Notes: generated from the sequence alone by a model not told the origin. Positions 1 through 13,082 are shown, numbered from the stretch's first letter. The stretch: 64,000 nucleotides of DNA from Octopus vulgaris (GCA_951406725.2 OX597818.1:88288001-88352000), one strand, 5' to 3'. Made by a program: numbers and translations.

Positions 1-200
1 GTGTGTCTGTGTTTGTCCCTTTAACATTGCTTGACAACCGACGCTGATGTGTTTACGTCCCCGTCACTTAGCGGTTCGGCAAAAGAGACCGATAGAATAA
101 GTACTGGGCTTACAAAGAATAAGTCCCGGGGTCGATTTGCTCGACTAAAGGCGCTGCTCCAGCATGGCCGCAGTCAAATGACTGAAACAAGTAAAAGAGA
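1..200 (+). mobile_element. SINE family A, 3' half
   Basis: Matches the 3' half (ttgacaaccg...cggttcggcaaaagagaccgatag...ccagcatggccgcagtcaaatgactgaaacaagtaaaaga) of a repeat present more than 15 times in this window. Confidence 0.85.
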
Positions 201-1280
201 ATATATCCATGCATGCATACACACGTACACACACATACACGCGCACACACACACATATATTTTAAATTGAACATTAAGAATATTATGTTTCCAATAAAGT
301 ACATGCACAGCCTGTGTCTCAATTCCGTTTTATTATCGGTTAATTATATAATTAATCAACAAATAGATTATTGGGTCAAAGTTCTCTTGACACAGCCTGT
401 GATCTTGTCGATGACAATATGCCCTTTATAGAACACTTCTATGCAAGTACTCTCCTCTTACTATTTGTTCGTATCTCCAAGTCAAATACGGAGTGTTATA
501 CAGTTTGCTTTATATATATATATACACATACACATACGTTGTGTGTGTATGTGTGGATGTTTGTATAATTTTTGATCGTTGTGGTAATAGTGCTGTGTCT
601 ACTTTTGTACGCAATGGTATGGGTGTAAATGTGTATGTTTGCAAGTGGTACAAACGTTTTATTGAACTTTGGTCGGTGGATTTCATTAAGCCTACGCATA
701 TATACGCATATGTATATAAACGTGAGAGACAAGAATGAGTATATGTGTGTGTGAGTGAGAGAGACAAAGCGGGAGAAGAAGGGAGAGAGAGAGAGAAGCA
801 ACGAAACAATTGAATTATTAGTTTCTAGTATTTTTGAATTTGTGGCGTCCACTCAGGAGATCAAACAAACAAGAAAAGATAATTCACATAAAAATTAAAT
901 AAAACTACATTTTAAAGTTTAAAATTTATCAGCAAATATAGAAAATAACAGTCTGCCTTGATTTATTAATCATATTTGTTTATAACAAAATTATGAATAA
1001 TGTGTTTGTGCAAGACACTATGCATTAATATGGATTATTTCTGTAGTCTTAAAGTACATATTATATTTCTGAAAATCGGCTGCTCATCTCCAGTGTATCA
1101 TGGAACACTTCGATGCTACAGAGTGAACCACAGAGCACTAAGGGGTCGCTTGGAACACGCCCAAACTGTCTTAGCAGCAGTATTAGCCACTGGGAAATTC
1201 AGTACACTGGACCCTATATTATTTATTAACAACAAGCCTTAGCATACATGGATCAGAATCGGGGACCTTAGACCTGTTGT

Positions 1281-1515
1281 GGAGGCGCGTGGCTTAGTAG
1301 TTAGGGTGTTGGACTCATGATCGTAAAATTGTGGTTTCGATTCCTGGACCAGCCGACGCGTTGTGTTTTTGAGCAAAACACTTCATTTCACGTTGCTCCG
1401 GTCCAGTCCTTTCAGCTGACAAGAATGAGTAATCCTGCGAGGATCGGCGTTCCATCCAGGTGGGGAATATATACGCAATGGAAGCCGGGAAACCGGCCCT
1501 TATGAGTCCGGAGAC
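1281..1515 (+). mobile_element. SINE family C (tRNA-derived head)
   Basis: A-box-like TGGCTTAGTAG and B-box-like GTTTCGATTCC, then ttgagcaaaacacttcatttcacgttgctcc shared with copies at 10092, 26835, 39162, 61290. Confidence 0.75.
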
Positions 1516-1519
1516 CTTG

Positions 1520-2545
1520 GACAACTGCCCAGTGTGCCCATGCTTTAAGACGACACTGGGATTCACCTGTGTGCGGTGGCACTCTTATGCACTACTTATC
1601 ACACATCAGCTTTATGCTGAACATCTGGATACTGCTGCAACGCACGATTGCAGTCTGAGGCACCTACATAATACTTGCGTTTACACCAGTGCGCAGAAAA
1701 GTACCCAGATACCACTTGCAGTACATTAGTTTCCTCTAGGTCCCCAAGATACCACTTGTCACCCACTAGTTTCCTCCTGTTGTGTGGACGCCCACAGATA
1801 ATGAAGTAGGCAAGCCCAATACGTAGATATAGAGGGAGAAGCCTAGACGTCAGGAGCACAGCTGTGTAGACTAGAACAGAGTAGTAGGAGAGTAGAGTTG
1901 AGTAGAAATCACCCGAACGTGCGGCATAACAGTGGCGACGAAGATTTCGTAGCTCACGCAGTCACTGTCTAGTATTGCGATATAACAGAGGCGACGAGGA
2001 TTTCGTAGCTCACACAGTCACTGTGTAGTATTGCGATATAACACCTCCAGAGCACCTAGATACCACTTGCGGAATCCAGTGTACTGTGGGATACAAAGAT
2101 ACCACTGTGACACACCATTACAACTCAAAGGTATCAATTGTGACACATCAGTAAGCTGTATAGCACTTAAATGTCATTGGCGGCACACTGGTTTACTGTA
2201 AAGCACCTAGATACTTCATGCGGCATACCACGTTGTTATAGGACATCTGAATACCCTTACAGCATATCACTACCCTCTGAAGTACCTCCATATTACCGTA
2301 CCACACCGCAGCGCTGTGAAACACCTAGATATTACTTGTGGTACAGCAGCGCCCATCAGCACACTTAAAAACAACTGCGATACCTAAGTGTGTTGTCGAA
2401 CATACAGAAAATACTTGCAGCACATCAATACGGGGTGAAGCACATAGATTAGGCTTGCGGTACATAGCGGCACGGAGGAGCAGTTAGATAACAATATGGT
2501 ATTCCAGGACACTTTGAGGTATCTAGATATCCAATTTTGGCAAAT
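1520..2545. repeat. Highly degenerate ~39-40 bp minisatellite (approx. consensus gcacctagataccacttgcggcacaccagtgtactgtga)
   Basis: agatac/agatat-like anchors recur at ~1627, 1667, 1706, 1746, 2058, 2097, 2209, 2248, 2327, 2446, 2486, 2525. Confidence 0.65.
1778..2043 (+). mobile_element. Solo-LTR-like insert with two tandem PBS-containing 56-bp units
   Basis: Termini TGTT...AACA; 5-bp target duplication CCTCC at 1773-1777 and 2044-2048; TGGCGACGAAGAT and AGGCGACGAGGAT each follow an internal ATAACA. Confidence 0.75.
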
Positions 2546-2676
2546 TACTGTGCAGCAGCATTACGGTTGGTGACCTCTAATTTCGGGTGGATATGATCAT
2601 TTAGGTACCTTTGGGACACCTGAACACAATTACTGGTTAATACGTAAAAAAAAAATGACACGTGCTCACACACAAA

Positions 2677-3030
2677 TACATACATATATGCGTACATGCA
2701 TGTATAAATACACGCGTGGATACATACATGCATGCAAACATACATACATAATACATACATACATACATACATGCAAACATACATACATACATACATACAT
2801 ACATGCAAACATACATACATACATATATACATACATACATGCATGCATGCAAACATACATACATAATACATACATACATACATACATACATACAAACATA
2901 CATACATACATACATACATACATACATACATACATACATACATACATACATACATACATACATACATGCATACATACATACATACATACATACATACATA
3001 CATGCATGCATGCAAACATACATACATACA

Positions 3031-3064
<34 letters not shown>

Positions 3065-3268
3065 CATACATGCATGCATGCAAACATACATACATACATA
3101 CATACATACATACATACATACATACATACATACATACATACATACATACATACATGCATACATACATACATAATACATACATACATACATACATAATACA
3201 TACATACATACATACATACATACAAACATACATACATACATACATACATGCATACATACATACAAACA

Positions 3269-3301
<33 letters not shown>

Positions 3302-3410
3302 GCGAACATACATACATAATACATACATACATACATACATACATACATACATACATACATACATACATACATACATACATACATACATACATACATAAAT
3401 ACATACATAC
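2677..3410. repeat. (ACAT)n tetranucleotide microsatellite
   Basis: Direct reading; source of the MYVC/HTYI ORFs. Confidence 0.98.
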
Positions 3411-3623
3411 AACAAGTAAAGTGAAACGGTAATTCAGCAAGAAGATATCAGTTAATGATCAATAAAAAAAAATGTTGATGGGGCGTAAAAGGTGAGAAGA
3501 TGAGGAAAAATAAAAAAAGGAGTGCAGAGAAGGTGCTGGATGGAAATGTGTCGGTGGGAATGCTTACTGCAGGGAACAGATATAGGGATAAGAAATAACC
3601 GACAAAATCGATCAAAATAACAA

Positions 3624-3808
3624 GGCGTAGGAGTGGGTGTGTGGTAAGTAGCTTGCTTGCCAACCACATGGTTTCAGGTTCAGTCCCACTGCGTGGCACA
3701 TTGGGCAAGTGTCTTCTACTATAGCCTCGGGCAGACCAAAGCCTTGTGAGTGGATTTGGTAGACAGAAACTGAAAGAAGTCCGTCGTATATATGTATGTA
3801 TATATATA

Positions 3809-3857
<49 letters not shown>

Positions 3858-4065
3858 TTTTGTGTCTCTGTGTTTGTCTCCCCCCCCCCCAAAAAAAAAC
3901 ATCGCTTGACAACCGATGTTGGCGTGTTTACGTCCCCGTAAATTAGCGGTTCGGCAAAAGTGACTGATAGAATAATTACTAGGCTTACAAAGAATAAGTT
4001 CTGGGGTCGATTTGCTCGACTAAAGACATGGCCACAGTCAAATGACTGAAACAAGTAAAAGAAAA
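3624..4065 (+). mobile_element. SINE family A, full length with internal (TA)/(TG)n
   Basis: Head ggcgtaggagtgggtgtgtggtaag...ggttcagtccc, internal microsatellite, conserved 3' half. Confidence 0.9.
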
Positions 4066-4235
4066 CAAAAGAAATATAATAATAGCCATGGTATACACAC
4101 GCCTTCACACAAACAAGCACACGTATACGTACGTACGTACATACATACATACATATATACATACATACACCCACATACATACATATCCAGGTATGCACCA
4201 ATGCATACCTATATATATATATATATATATATATA

Positions 4236-5075
4236 CGTAGTCTGATCAATGAGTATCTGAACTGTTACCATAGTAACCAAGCAAAAGTATGCAAAGTGGA
4301 GCCGGTTGGCACAGACTGACCTTAAACTCTGCTGCGCATGTGCACTAAGGTCCAACGCTCTGACTTACTTCCGCTGTTTACAGCTTGGAAGGAAGGTGTG
4401 TTGTGTGTGATCGCTGCATTGACCATAACAAAAAGTTGAGCAGATAATCTGCATCAAATTATGTCAAAAGCTTGGTGATACCGACTCAGAAGCCTTCGCA
4501 AAGTTTTCAAAACCTCTTCATCGTTCTTGACGCAATCAGAGAGATTTTGTGCAACTGAAACCCGAGTGTCTTTTTGATCAGCTGAAAGCAGTTTTGGCAC
4601 AAACTGGGAAGACACGCGTCTCATACCCAAATCTTCAGTCATATTGGACTGAACTGAACCGTAACTAATCTGCACATCCTCTGATAACTCGCGGATGCTG
4701 ATTCGACGATTTCCCTTCACAGCTGCTTGCACATCTGCAATGTTTTTTCTCATTTCTGCTTGTTGCGGGTCTCCCAGAACGTTCGTCAATATCGACATTT
4801 TTCGATCATCTTGTAAATGTCTGAACCACTCGTACACTTGTGTGTAGCTCATACACTCCTCTCTATACACTTTCTATAGCTTTGCATAGGTCTCTAAGCA
4901 GGTATCGGCATGACAGTTTTCTCTGTCATTGTCAATGCGACGATCACACGCTACACACCTTTCTTCCAAGCACTGCTGTAGATAGCGGAAGAGAGCTAGA
5001 CCGTTAAAACTTAGTGTGCATGCACAGCAGAGTTCAAGGTCAATCTGTACCACGCGGCTTATTAATCAGACCTCG
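4236..5075. mobile_element. Mariner-derived non-autonomous element built from two inverted 5' ends
   Basis: TIR cgtagtctgatcaatgag / cttattaatcagacctcg, left end after TA; 4305-4503 is an inverted homologue of 4878-5052. Confidence 0.85.
4510..4935 (-). pseudogene. Mariner transposase N-terminal fragment (HTH domains and linker)
   Basis: ORF 4454-4870: YxEECMSYTQVYEWF...RRISIRELS...LGMRRVSSQFVPKLL (WVPxxL linker); no catalytic domain. Confidence 0.88.
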
Positions 5076-5238
5076 TGTATATACACAGATAGGCATATGT
5101 ATACACACGCACACACACACATGCATAAACAGACACGCACACACATATATGTATATACATTCATATGCTCAGTACATATATAAATATACGTATGCTCACA
5201 CACACACATGCACACACGCATACACATATACATATATA

Positions 5239-6455
5239 CGGGTGTTGGACAAAATAATGGAAACACCTAGCATCATAGTATCATAATTTTGAAATATCTA
5301 TAAAACCATCAAAAGCTTGTTTATTTTATATTTTTTGATTTATTGGTGTTGCTTAATATGTTTTGCTAAAATTACTGATTCTTTTCAGATATAATCAGAA
5401 AACTGATTAAAATTTATTAAAATGACAGCTCTATCGAATTTCAAAGAGGTCAATGTGTTGGTGCTCCTATGGCAGGCGCTAGCGTAAGGAAAACAGCCGA
5501 AATGCTTGGTGTATCAATAAGTATTGTCTCGAAAGTAATGACAGCCTTTGAGAAAAAGGGAAAAACATCCTCGTCGAAACAAAACTCCGGAAGAAAACCA
5601 GAGCTTTCAGATAGGGACCGTCGGACTCTTACACGAATTGTTAGAAAGGATCACAAAAGTACAGCTCTCGAAATTACTGCAAAGCTTAATGATCACCACG
5701 AGAACCCAGTTTCCACAAAGACTGTTCGCCGGGAGTCGGATTTCACGGGAGGGCTGCGATCAGAAAACCACTACTTCCAAAAATAAACGTTGCAAAGCAT
5801 TTAGAGTGGAGTAAAACCAACAGAATTGGTCCCTAGAGCGGTGGAAGAATGTTATTTTCCCGGACGAATCTTCCTTTATTTTATTTCCGACCACCGGCTG
5901 AGAATACGTGTGGAAACAACCAAAAGAAGCATTTGACTCAGACTGCTTTCTTCCAACTGTTAAACATGGAGGAGGATTTGTGATGATTTAGGGGTCTATA
6001 TCTTGGAAATCCGCCGGCCCAATGGTTTCCCTTCATGGCAGAATTAATAGTCAAGACTATTTAAGCATTTTATCTGATCAAGTTCAACTTGTGTTTGATG
6101 AACTGTTTCCGGAGGGAAACGCAATCTTTCAGGATGGTAATGCACCAATTCACACAACATTCTAGTGAAGTTGAACATCTTATCTGACCACCACAGTCCC
6201 CAGATCTCAATATTATTGAACATTTTATGGGGTACACTTTAGAAAAAGGAAAGGGTCGTTATCCTCTACCATTATCAGTACAAGAACTGGAGACTGTTTT
6301 AGTTGAAGAATGGACAAAAATTCCTTTGGAAACAATTCAAACTTTGTACAAGTTCATACCTCGTAGAATTCAGGCTGTAATTACTGCCAAAGGCGGTCCT
6401 ACACTATCTTTTGTTTGAAATTTTAAGGTGTTTCCATTATTTTGTCCAACCCTTG
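5239..6455 (+). mobile_element. Tc1-family DNA transposon (~1.2 kb)
   Basis: ~30-bp TIR gttggacaaaataatggaaacacct at both ends, flanked by TA. Confidence 0.95.
5422..6410 (+). pseudogene. Tc1 (DD34E-type) transposase pseudogene
   Basis: Frameshifted motifs SGRKP, VSTKTVRRE, WKNVIFPDES, KHGGG, FQDGNAPIH, PPQSPDLNIIE, IPRRIQAVITAKGGPT; internal stops. Confidence 0.93.
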
Positions 6456-6699
6456 TATATATACATAGATGTACCCAGTACATACATACATAGATATACG
6501 TATGCACATGCACGCACACAGACACATACACACGCGCACAAACACACACATATACACACGCACAAACATACATACACGCACAAACATACATACACGCACA
6601 CACACACGCACACACACATGCACATACACAAGCTGTTACATACACAGAAATACACAGTCGCGCACATACTCGCATATACACACCAAAAGTGGATGATAT

Positions 6700-6753
6700 T
6701 TCTCTCCATCGTCGTATTCGTCGTCACCGTCACTATCATCGTCGTCGTCGTCG

Positions 6754-6796
<43 letters not shown>

Positions 6797-6930
6797 AAAT
6801 CGACAAGTAGAATAGCAACAAGTGCCCCCAAAAAACCAATAATCTCTGGAACTAGTTTTCAGCAGTACCACCACCACTACCACTACTCACAACAGTTGTA
6901 ATTATCACCATCATCATCATCATCATCATC

Positions 6931-6976
<46 letters not shown>

Positions 6977-7548
6977 GCAACAAAAACAACAACAGTAAAA
7001 CAAAAATCAACGAACTGTAGCAAAAATGCAATCAGGTAACTAAAAATTCTCCACCACATTTCTCCTCTACCTCCCTCTCGTCATCCTTCTAATCGTCATC
7101 AACATCGTCAACAGCTTCTACAATAAAAAGAAATAACAACAACAACAAAAGCAGTCGGGTGACGACAATATGGCGACAACTTCCTCCGCCTCCTCTTCAT
7201 TCTTCTTATCATCATCATCACTGTCATCATCACCATCATCATCATCTCCTCCTCCACCTCCACCCTTCTCTCCCTCCTCCATCTCTCCTCCCTCCCCCAT
7301 CTTTTCCCTCCTCCTTCATCTCTTCCCTCCTCCTTCATCTCTTCCCTCCTCTTTCATCTCTCCCTGCTCAATCTCTTCCTCGTCCTCCTTCTTCCTCCTT
7401 CCTCCTCCCCACCTCCCATTCTCTCCATCCTCCTCTACCACTACCCCTCCATTCCTCCTCCCTCTCCACTCCTACCACCTCTTCCTCAACATCATCATTA
7501 GCCACCTCCCCTCATTCTCCTCCTGCTCCCCTCCTTATCGTCATCATT

Positions 7549-7580
<32 letters not shown>

Positions 7581-7815
7581 CCTCCTTCTCCTCATCCTCA
7601 TCTGTCATCATCGCCATGACCATCACCACCACCACCACCACCACCACCACCAACATCAACAACAAAATCGCCATCACCACCAAGCCCCACCAATACCACC
7701 AATACGACGACGACCACCACCATAATCATGATCATCATCATCGTCATCGTCATCATCATAATGAGTGAAAACAACAGCAACAGAAAAAGTTGACAACAGC
7801 AACAACAACAACAAA
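6700..7815. repeat. Compound trinucleotide/low-complexity tract (CAT, CAA, CCT, CAC)
   Basis: Direct reading. Confidence 0.92.
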
Positions 7816-8147
7816 AAAAAATCTCCGCTACATCAACAATAAGCCAGCTCATGTCTGAAGTAAGATTTAAATAAAGATCTTAAATTTTAATAAGCTTGTA
7901 ATTACCGTGGGCCAATTTTTAACCGCCATTTGTTTCTAAGTCAGTTTATGATTTATGGCGAGGAAGTGAGCAGGGAGTGAGAGGTGAGTGTCATTGTTGG
8001 AGAGAATAATAAATATAACGGAAGACAGAAAAAAAAAGAAAAATCAAAAAGAAAAAACAGTAAGAAAAGGGTGAGAAAGTAAGAGAGAGAAAGAGATGGA
8101 ACGAGTGTGAGAGGTGAAAGACGGAAAGAGAGAGAGGGAGAGAAATT

Positions 8148-8179
<32 letters not shown>

Positions 8180-8186
8180 GAACGTA

Positions 8187-8221
<35 letters not shown>

Positions 8222-8608
8222 AAACGTAAGAGAGAGAGAGAGAAAGATAGACAGAAAGAGAGATAGAGAGAGTGAGCGAGTAAAATGTAAGATTGTAACG
8301 AATGCGGCATGTTGTTGGGGCAGAAGGATAATGGTGGAAAAGATGAATTTAGTATACAGAAGCGCCACCTGTCAAACAGATGACAAATGAAACAAATCTT
8401 GGAATGTAAATGTATGGCGGAGTATTTCTTTTTGTTTTGTTTGTTTCCTTTTTTTATTGTTGTTGTTGTTGTTTTAGGAGAAACCAAAGAAAACAGCAAC
8501 TTATAACTGCGGCGATGATGGCAACGACGGCAAAAACGACGAAATTAACAATGGTCTGTGTCGGCCATTACAAAGGACGTTGAAGAAGAAAGAAGACATA
8601 ATCGCTTA

Positions 8609-8632
8609 GTAATAATAATAATGATAATAATG

Positions 8633-8708
<76 letters not shown>

Positions 8709-8805
8709 TAATAATAATAATAATGATAATGATGATAATAATAATAATGATAATAATAATAGTGATAGTAATAATAATAATAATAATGATGATAATAATA
8801 ATGAT

Positions 8806-8838
<33 letters not shown>

Positions 8839-8892
8839 AATAATAATAATAACGATAATGATGATGATAATAATAATAATGATAATAATGAT

Positions 8893-8966
<74 letters not shown>

Positions 8967-8979
8967 TAATAATAATGAT

Positions 8980-9047
<68 letters not shown>

Positions 9048-9096
9048 TAATAATAATGATTATGAAAATAATAATAATAATAATAATAATAATAAT

Positions 9097-9174
<78 letters not shown>

Positions 9175-9270
9175 AAGAAGAAGAAGAAGAAGAAGAAGAA
9201 GAAGAAGAAGAAGAAGAAGAAGAAGAAGAAGAAGAAGAAGAAGAAGAAGAAGAAGAAGAAGAAGAAGAAA
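8609..9270. repeat. (AAT)n/(GAT)n followed by (AAG)n
   Basis: Direct reading. Confidence 0.98.
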
Positions 9271-9272
9271 AT

Positions 9273-9805
9273 AGATACCAAGACTAGAAAACTGTTGACA
9301 GTACACAGAGCCTTTCACTCTAAGAGTGACTCCGTACTTGTCCAGAAGAAAGGATGAGAAAGGTTTAATAAGTTACCAGGACTGTATCGAAGCCTAGGTT
9401 AGTATATAAAAAAAATGCCGTAGAGTTACTGTTGAAACACATGAATAAAGCCAGCGTTATCAACACTGAAAATTGGGTAACTAAAGATAAATTTAAACAA
9501 GAAATTATCAAAAACAAGAAAGAAAATGTACGGTCAGTTTGCAAGAGATGTCAACTCCAAGACAGATACAGAAGACCGCCAAGACAGATACAGAGAAAGA
9601 GTGACCTGAAGATAGAGACAGAAGCACTCATATGCGCAGCTCAGGAACAAGCATTAAGGACCAATTATATGAAATGCAGAATCGACCACACTACAGATAG
9701 TGACAAATGCAGAATGTGTGGTGAAAGAGGTTAATCGTTAGCGAATGCCCGAAATTGGCACAACGCTGATACAAAAGTCGCCATAACAATGTGGCAAGAA
9801 TGAAC
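9273..9805 (+). pseudogene. Dong/R4-like (RLE) non-LTR retrotransposon fragment, thumb to CCHC finger
   Basis: LKIETEALICAAQEQALRTNY...KCRMCGERG, then frameshifted VSECPKLAQ..YKSRHNNVAR. Confidence 0.85.
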
Positions 9806-10091
9806 TCTGAGGAAATCACTGCCTTCAAAGAGCAAAAACGAAATATGTAAGGATGAACAAAACAGTGTTAAATAATTGATGAGCAAAGACAGTGTATAAT
9901 GATAGTGTCAAAAACTGATAAAAAAAAAAAATTCGAAATAAATATAAAATGGCATAAAACAAAAAATAATTAAAACTAGTTGTGCAATCAGAATAAAGCA
10001 TGAAAAAATGCTTCGTGTAACCCATCTGCACACAAGTGAGAACCCACCTGTAAGATCAGATCTGAAAATTTCTACATTTGAAAGATCTCAG

Positions 10092-10210
10092 TGAAAGCAT
10101 GTCGTCTAGTGGTTAGTGTGTTACACTCACGATCGCAAGATCGTGATGTCGATTCTCAGACCGGGCGTGGCATTTTGTTCTCGAGCAAAACACTTCCTTT
10201 CACGTTGCCC
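10092..10210 (+). mobile_element. SINE family C head, degenerate
   Basis: Similarity to 1281-1400. Confidence 0.6.
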
Positions 10211-11264
10211 TATAAACCCTAGAATACGAAAGAGTAATGTCCAGAAGCTGATGGAAAATATCCAGGGCTAGAGTAAGTAACAATCCTTCCATTTCCTATA
10301 CGAATCTATAGTATGACCGATCTTATGGATTCTAATCCCAGTTCGTCAAACGGCCTCTCTACAACATCAGAACCCAAGTCCTCAACACACTGTCACTTCC
10401 TTTGTTTTCCTCCTTTTTATTCATTATTTTGCTCGTTTTATTGTGAAGTATAAATATTTTGGGGGTGTATGGGAGGGCAATTTTTTGTCTTTTTGCTTTT
10501 CCCGCTCTCTCTCTCTCTCTTCAGCTACCTGCCTTTCCTGCTTCCTTTCCCTCTAGTCTCTATTAATACAGGACGATGTGGTGGCGCGGCGCATCTGGTT
10601 ATTGCTGATGAAGTGGAGTCCCTTAAGTTTTTGGTTGGGTTTCAGAAAAGAGAACGAATCGATTTCCTTCGACACTACTGGAACAACCCCGATTTTGATT
10701 TAGAAACATTTCGTGACTTGCTGTCATCGATTTTTCCATCGTTATTTAACTATTATTAATTCTTTTTGCTCTTTCCAGCTTTTCTGAGCAGAAAGAACTC
10801 AATTTAACTTTACTATCTCATGTTTAGTAGATGGACTTCCTGCCATAGATGATCAAAGATAAAGCTTTCCTCGCAGCATCCCCAACAGAATAAAACTCAA
10901 GAACTTTGTTGTGATCTTGTAGCACACTATACTGATCCTACTTGAGCAAATATCATCACATTATTCTATGAAAGTGAACATGAACCAGGGGTTAACGTCA
11001 TCACCGCTACTTTTTAAGGTGACGCACTTGTTCTTTTGTCACTCTGGCATTAATCTATGGGCAGGTACCTTCTTCACCTTGTTTTATGAAACTACACATA
11101 TAGTGCCGTATTCTCTTCCTCAACCGTTTTTGGGGAACTCATTCCATATATCGTCAGACCGTCATTTAAAGATGTTTTTGTTAAATATTATTATTGCTTT
11201 TGTTGAATAAAATTTGTTGAGAAAAAGCCGCAATAATTATGCACCAACCCAATAAACTGTATGG

Positions 11265-11380
11265 CATTGACCGGCCCAGGGCTACAGTACAAGACATTTG
11301 CTCAAAGTGCAGAGCAGTGGAACTGAACTCGAAACCACGTGGTTGCAAACCGAGCTTCTTAGCCTCACAGCCATGTCTGC
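11265..11380 (-). mobile_element. SINE family A-related head, degenerate
   Basis: Reverse complement resembles the family A head. Confidence 0.6.
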
Positions 11381-11630
11381 GTATACCGTCTTGTTCCTTT
11401 GGAATAGTTTGCTGAGATTCTCAATCTTTCTGTTGTCTGAGTTTAATTTGTGTGTGTGTGTGTGTGTATGTATTTGTGTAAGCGTGTGTTTATGTGTATG
11501 TGTGTATGCGTGTGTATTCGTGAGTGCATGTGTGTGTGTGTTCGTGTGTGTGTGTGTGTATGTATGTGTGTATGTGTATATGTGTATGTCTATGTGTGTG
11601 TGTGTGTGTGTTGACGTTCTTTACATACCT

Positions 11631-11880
11631 ATTTCTTTATTACCCACAAAGGGGCTAAACATAGAGGGGACAAACAAGGACAGACATAGGTATAATTATA
11701 GGATTACATTGACCCCCCCCCCGTGCGTAACTGGTGCTTAATTTATCGACCCCGAAAGAATGAAAGGCAAAGTTGACCTCGGCGGAATTTGAACTCACAA
11801 CGTAACGGCAGACGAAATACTGCAAAGCATTTCGCCCGGCGTACTAACGCTTCTGCCAGTTCGCCGCCTTATGTTCAGTA
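11631..11880 (-). mobile_element. SINE family B
   Basis: Reverse complement begins ggcggcgaactggcagaagcgttag...gagttcaaattccgccgaggtcaactttgcctttc; flanked by a ttctttacatacc duplication. Confidence 0.85.
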
Positions 11881-12334
11881 TTCTTTACATACCGACGCCA
11901 TTTACTACTCCATGTTTTCGCATTGCTGTGTTTGTCAGAGCCAACAGCCTACAGATTTGAGGTTGTATTTCTCAGAAAAAAGATTTCAGTGAATGTCATT
12001 GTCTCTCTGACAAGTAACATTTTCATGGCAGAAGTTTTAGCATCATTGCTACCAAGGGTTTCATGGTGACTTCCCAGCACTGCTCTTTCTCTTCAAACGT
12101 CAAAGACTGTGATGCATTTAATGGAAATGTTTGTCGGTTGGTTAGAGACGAACGAAGAAATTAACTCAGTACCTCCCTTAATTAAAGAAATACGGTGATT
12201 TTTTCGATCCAGTTCTTCCCGAGATTGTCTTAAATAATTATAATTTCAAAAATCTCGACTTATTTTTTTCGAAGAAAATTATGGACAAAAGGTGTAAATT
12301 GACGGAGTGGCGATGTTTATGACTAGGGTAATTT

Positions 12335-13000
12335 GGTGATGGCGATGATGGCGATTATGATGATGATGATGATGACAATGATGATGATGATGATGATGAT
12401 GATGACGACGATGATGATGATGATGGTGATGAGGATTATTTCAAATTTTTGACTAGGGTAGCTTGGTGATGGTGATAATGATGACGATGATGATGATGAT
12501 GATGATGATGGTGATGGTGATGATGATTATTTCAAATTTTGTCGCAAGGCCAGCAATTTCAAGGGTGAGATTAAATCGATTACATCGATCCCAAATTTTA
12601 ATTGGTACCTATTTTATTCACTCCAAAGGGATGAAAAGTAGAGCCGACCTCGGTGAAATTTGAACTCAGGACATTAATAAGAGAAAAAATGTCATTAACA
12701 ACAACTGCAGCAGCAGCAGCAGCAGCAACAGCAACAACAATATAAATGTCTATAGCGATTGCCATGGTAATCATGATGTTGATGGTAGTGATAATGATGA
12801 TGATGATAGTAATGATGATAGTATTTAGTGTGGGGACATTGATGATGATGAGGAGGTGGAGGTGGAGGTGGAGCAGGTAGAGGTGGAGGAGGTGGAGGAG
12901 GTGGAGGAGGTGGAGGAGGAGGAGGAGAAGAAGGTGGAGGAGGAGGAGGTGGAGGAGGAGGGTAAAAACAACAACTACAATGACAAAAAGAGCAAGGCAA

Positions 13001-13066
<66 letters not shown>

Positions 13067-13075
13067 GATTATGAT
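12335..13075. repeat. GAT/CAG/GGA/ATT trinucleotide tracts with a degenerate SINE B piece at ~12535-12670
   Basis: Direct reading. Confidence 0.85.
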
Positions 13076-13082
13076 TATGATT

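Noticed and set aside
1281-1350. tRNA gene (also 26835 and 39162)
   Set aside because: A/B boxes continue into a shared SINE body; no complete cloverleaf or terminator
1520-2545. CRISPR-like repeat-spacer reading of the periodic array
   Set aside because: No invariant repeat, whole units are homologous, eukaryotic context and no cas genes
2545-3440. 200-290 aa ORFs (MYVC/HTYI repeats)
   Set aside because: Stop-free translations of the (ACAT)n microsatellite
8545-9318. Poly-Ile/Arg/Leu ORFs (also 14607-15385 and 39636-40459)
   Set aside because: Trinucleotide repeat artefacts
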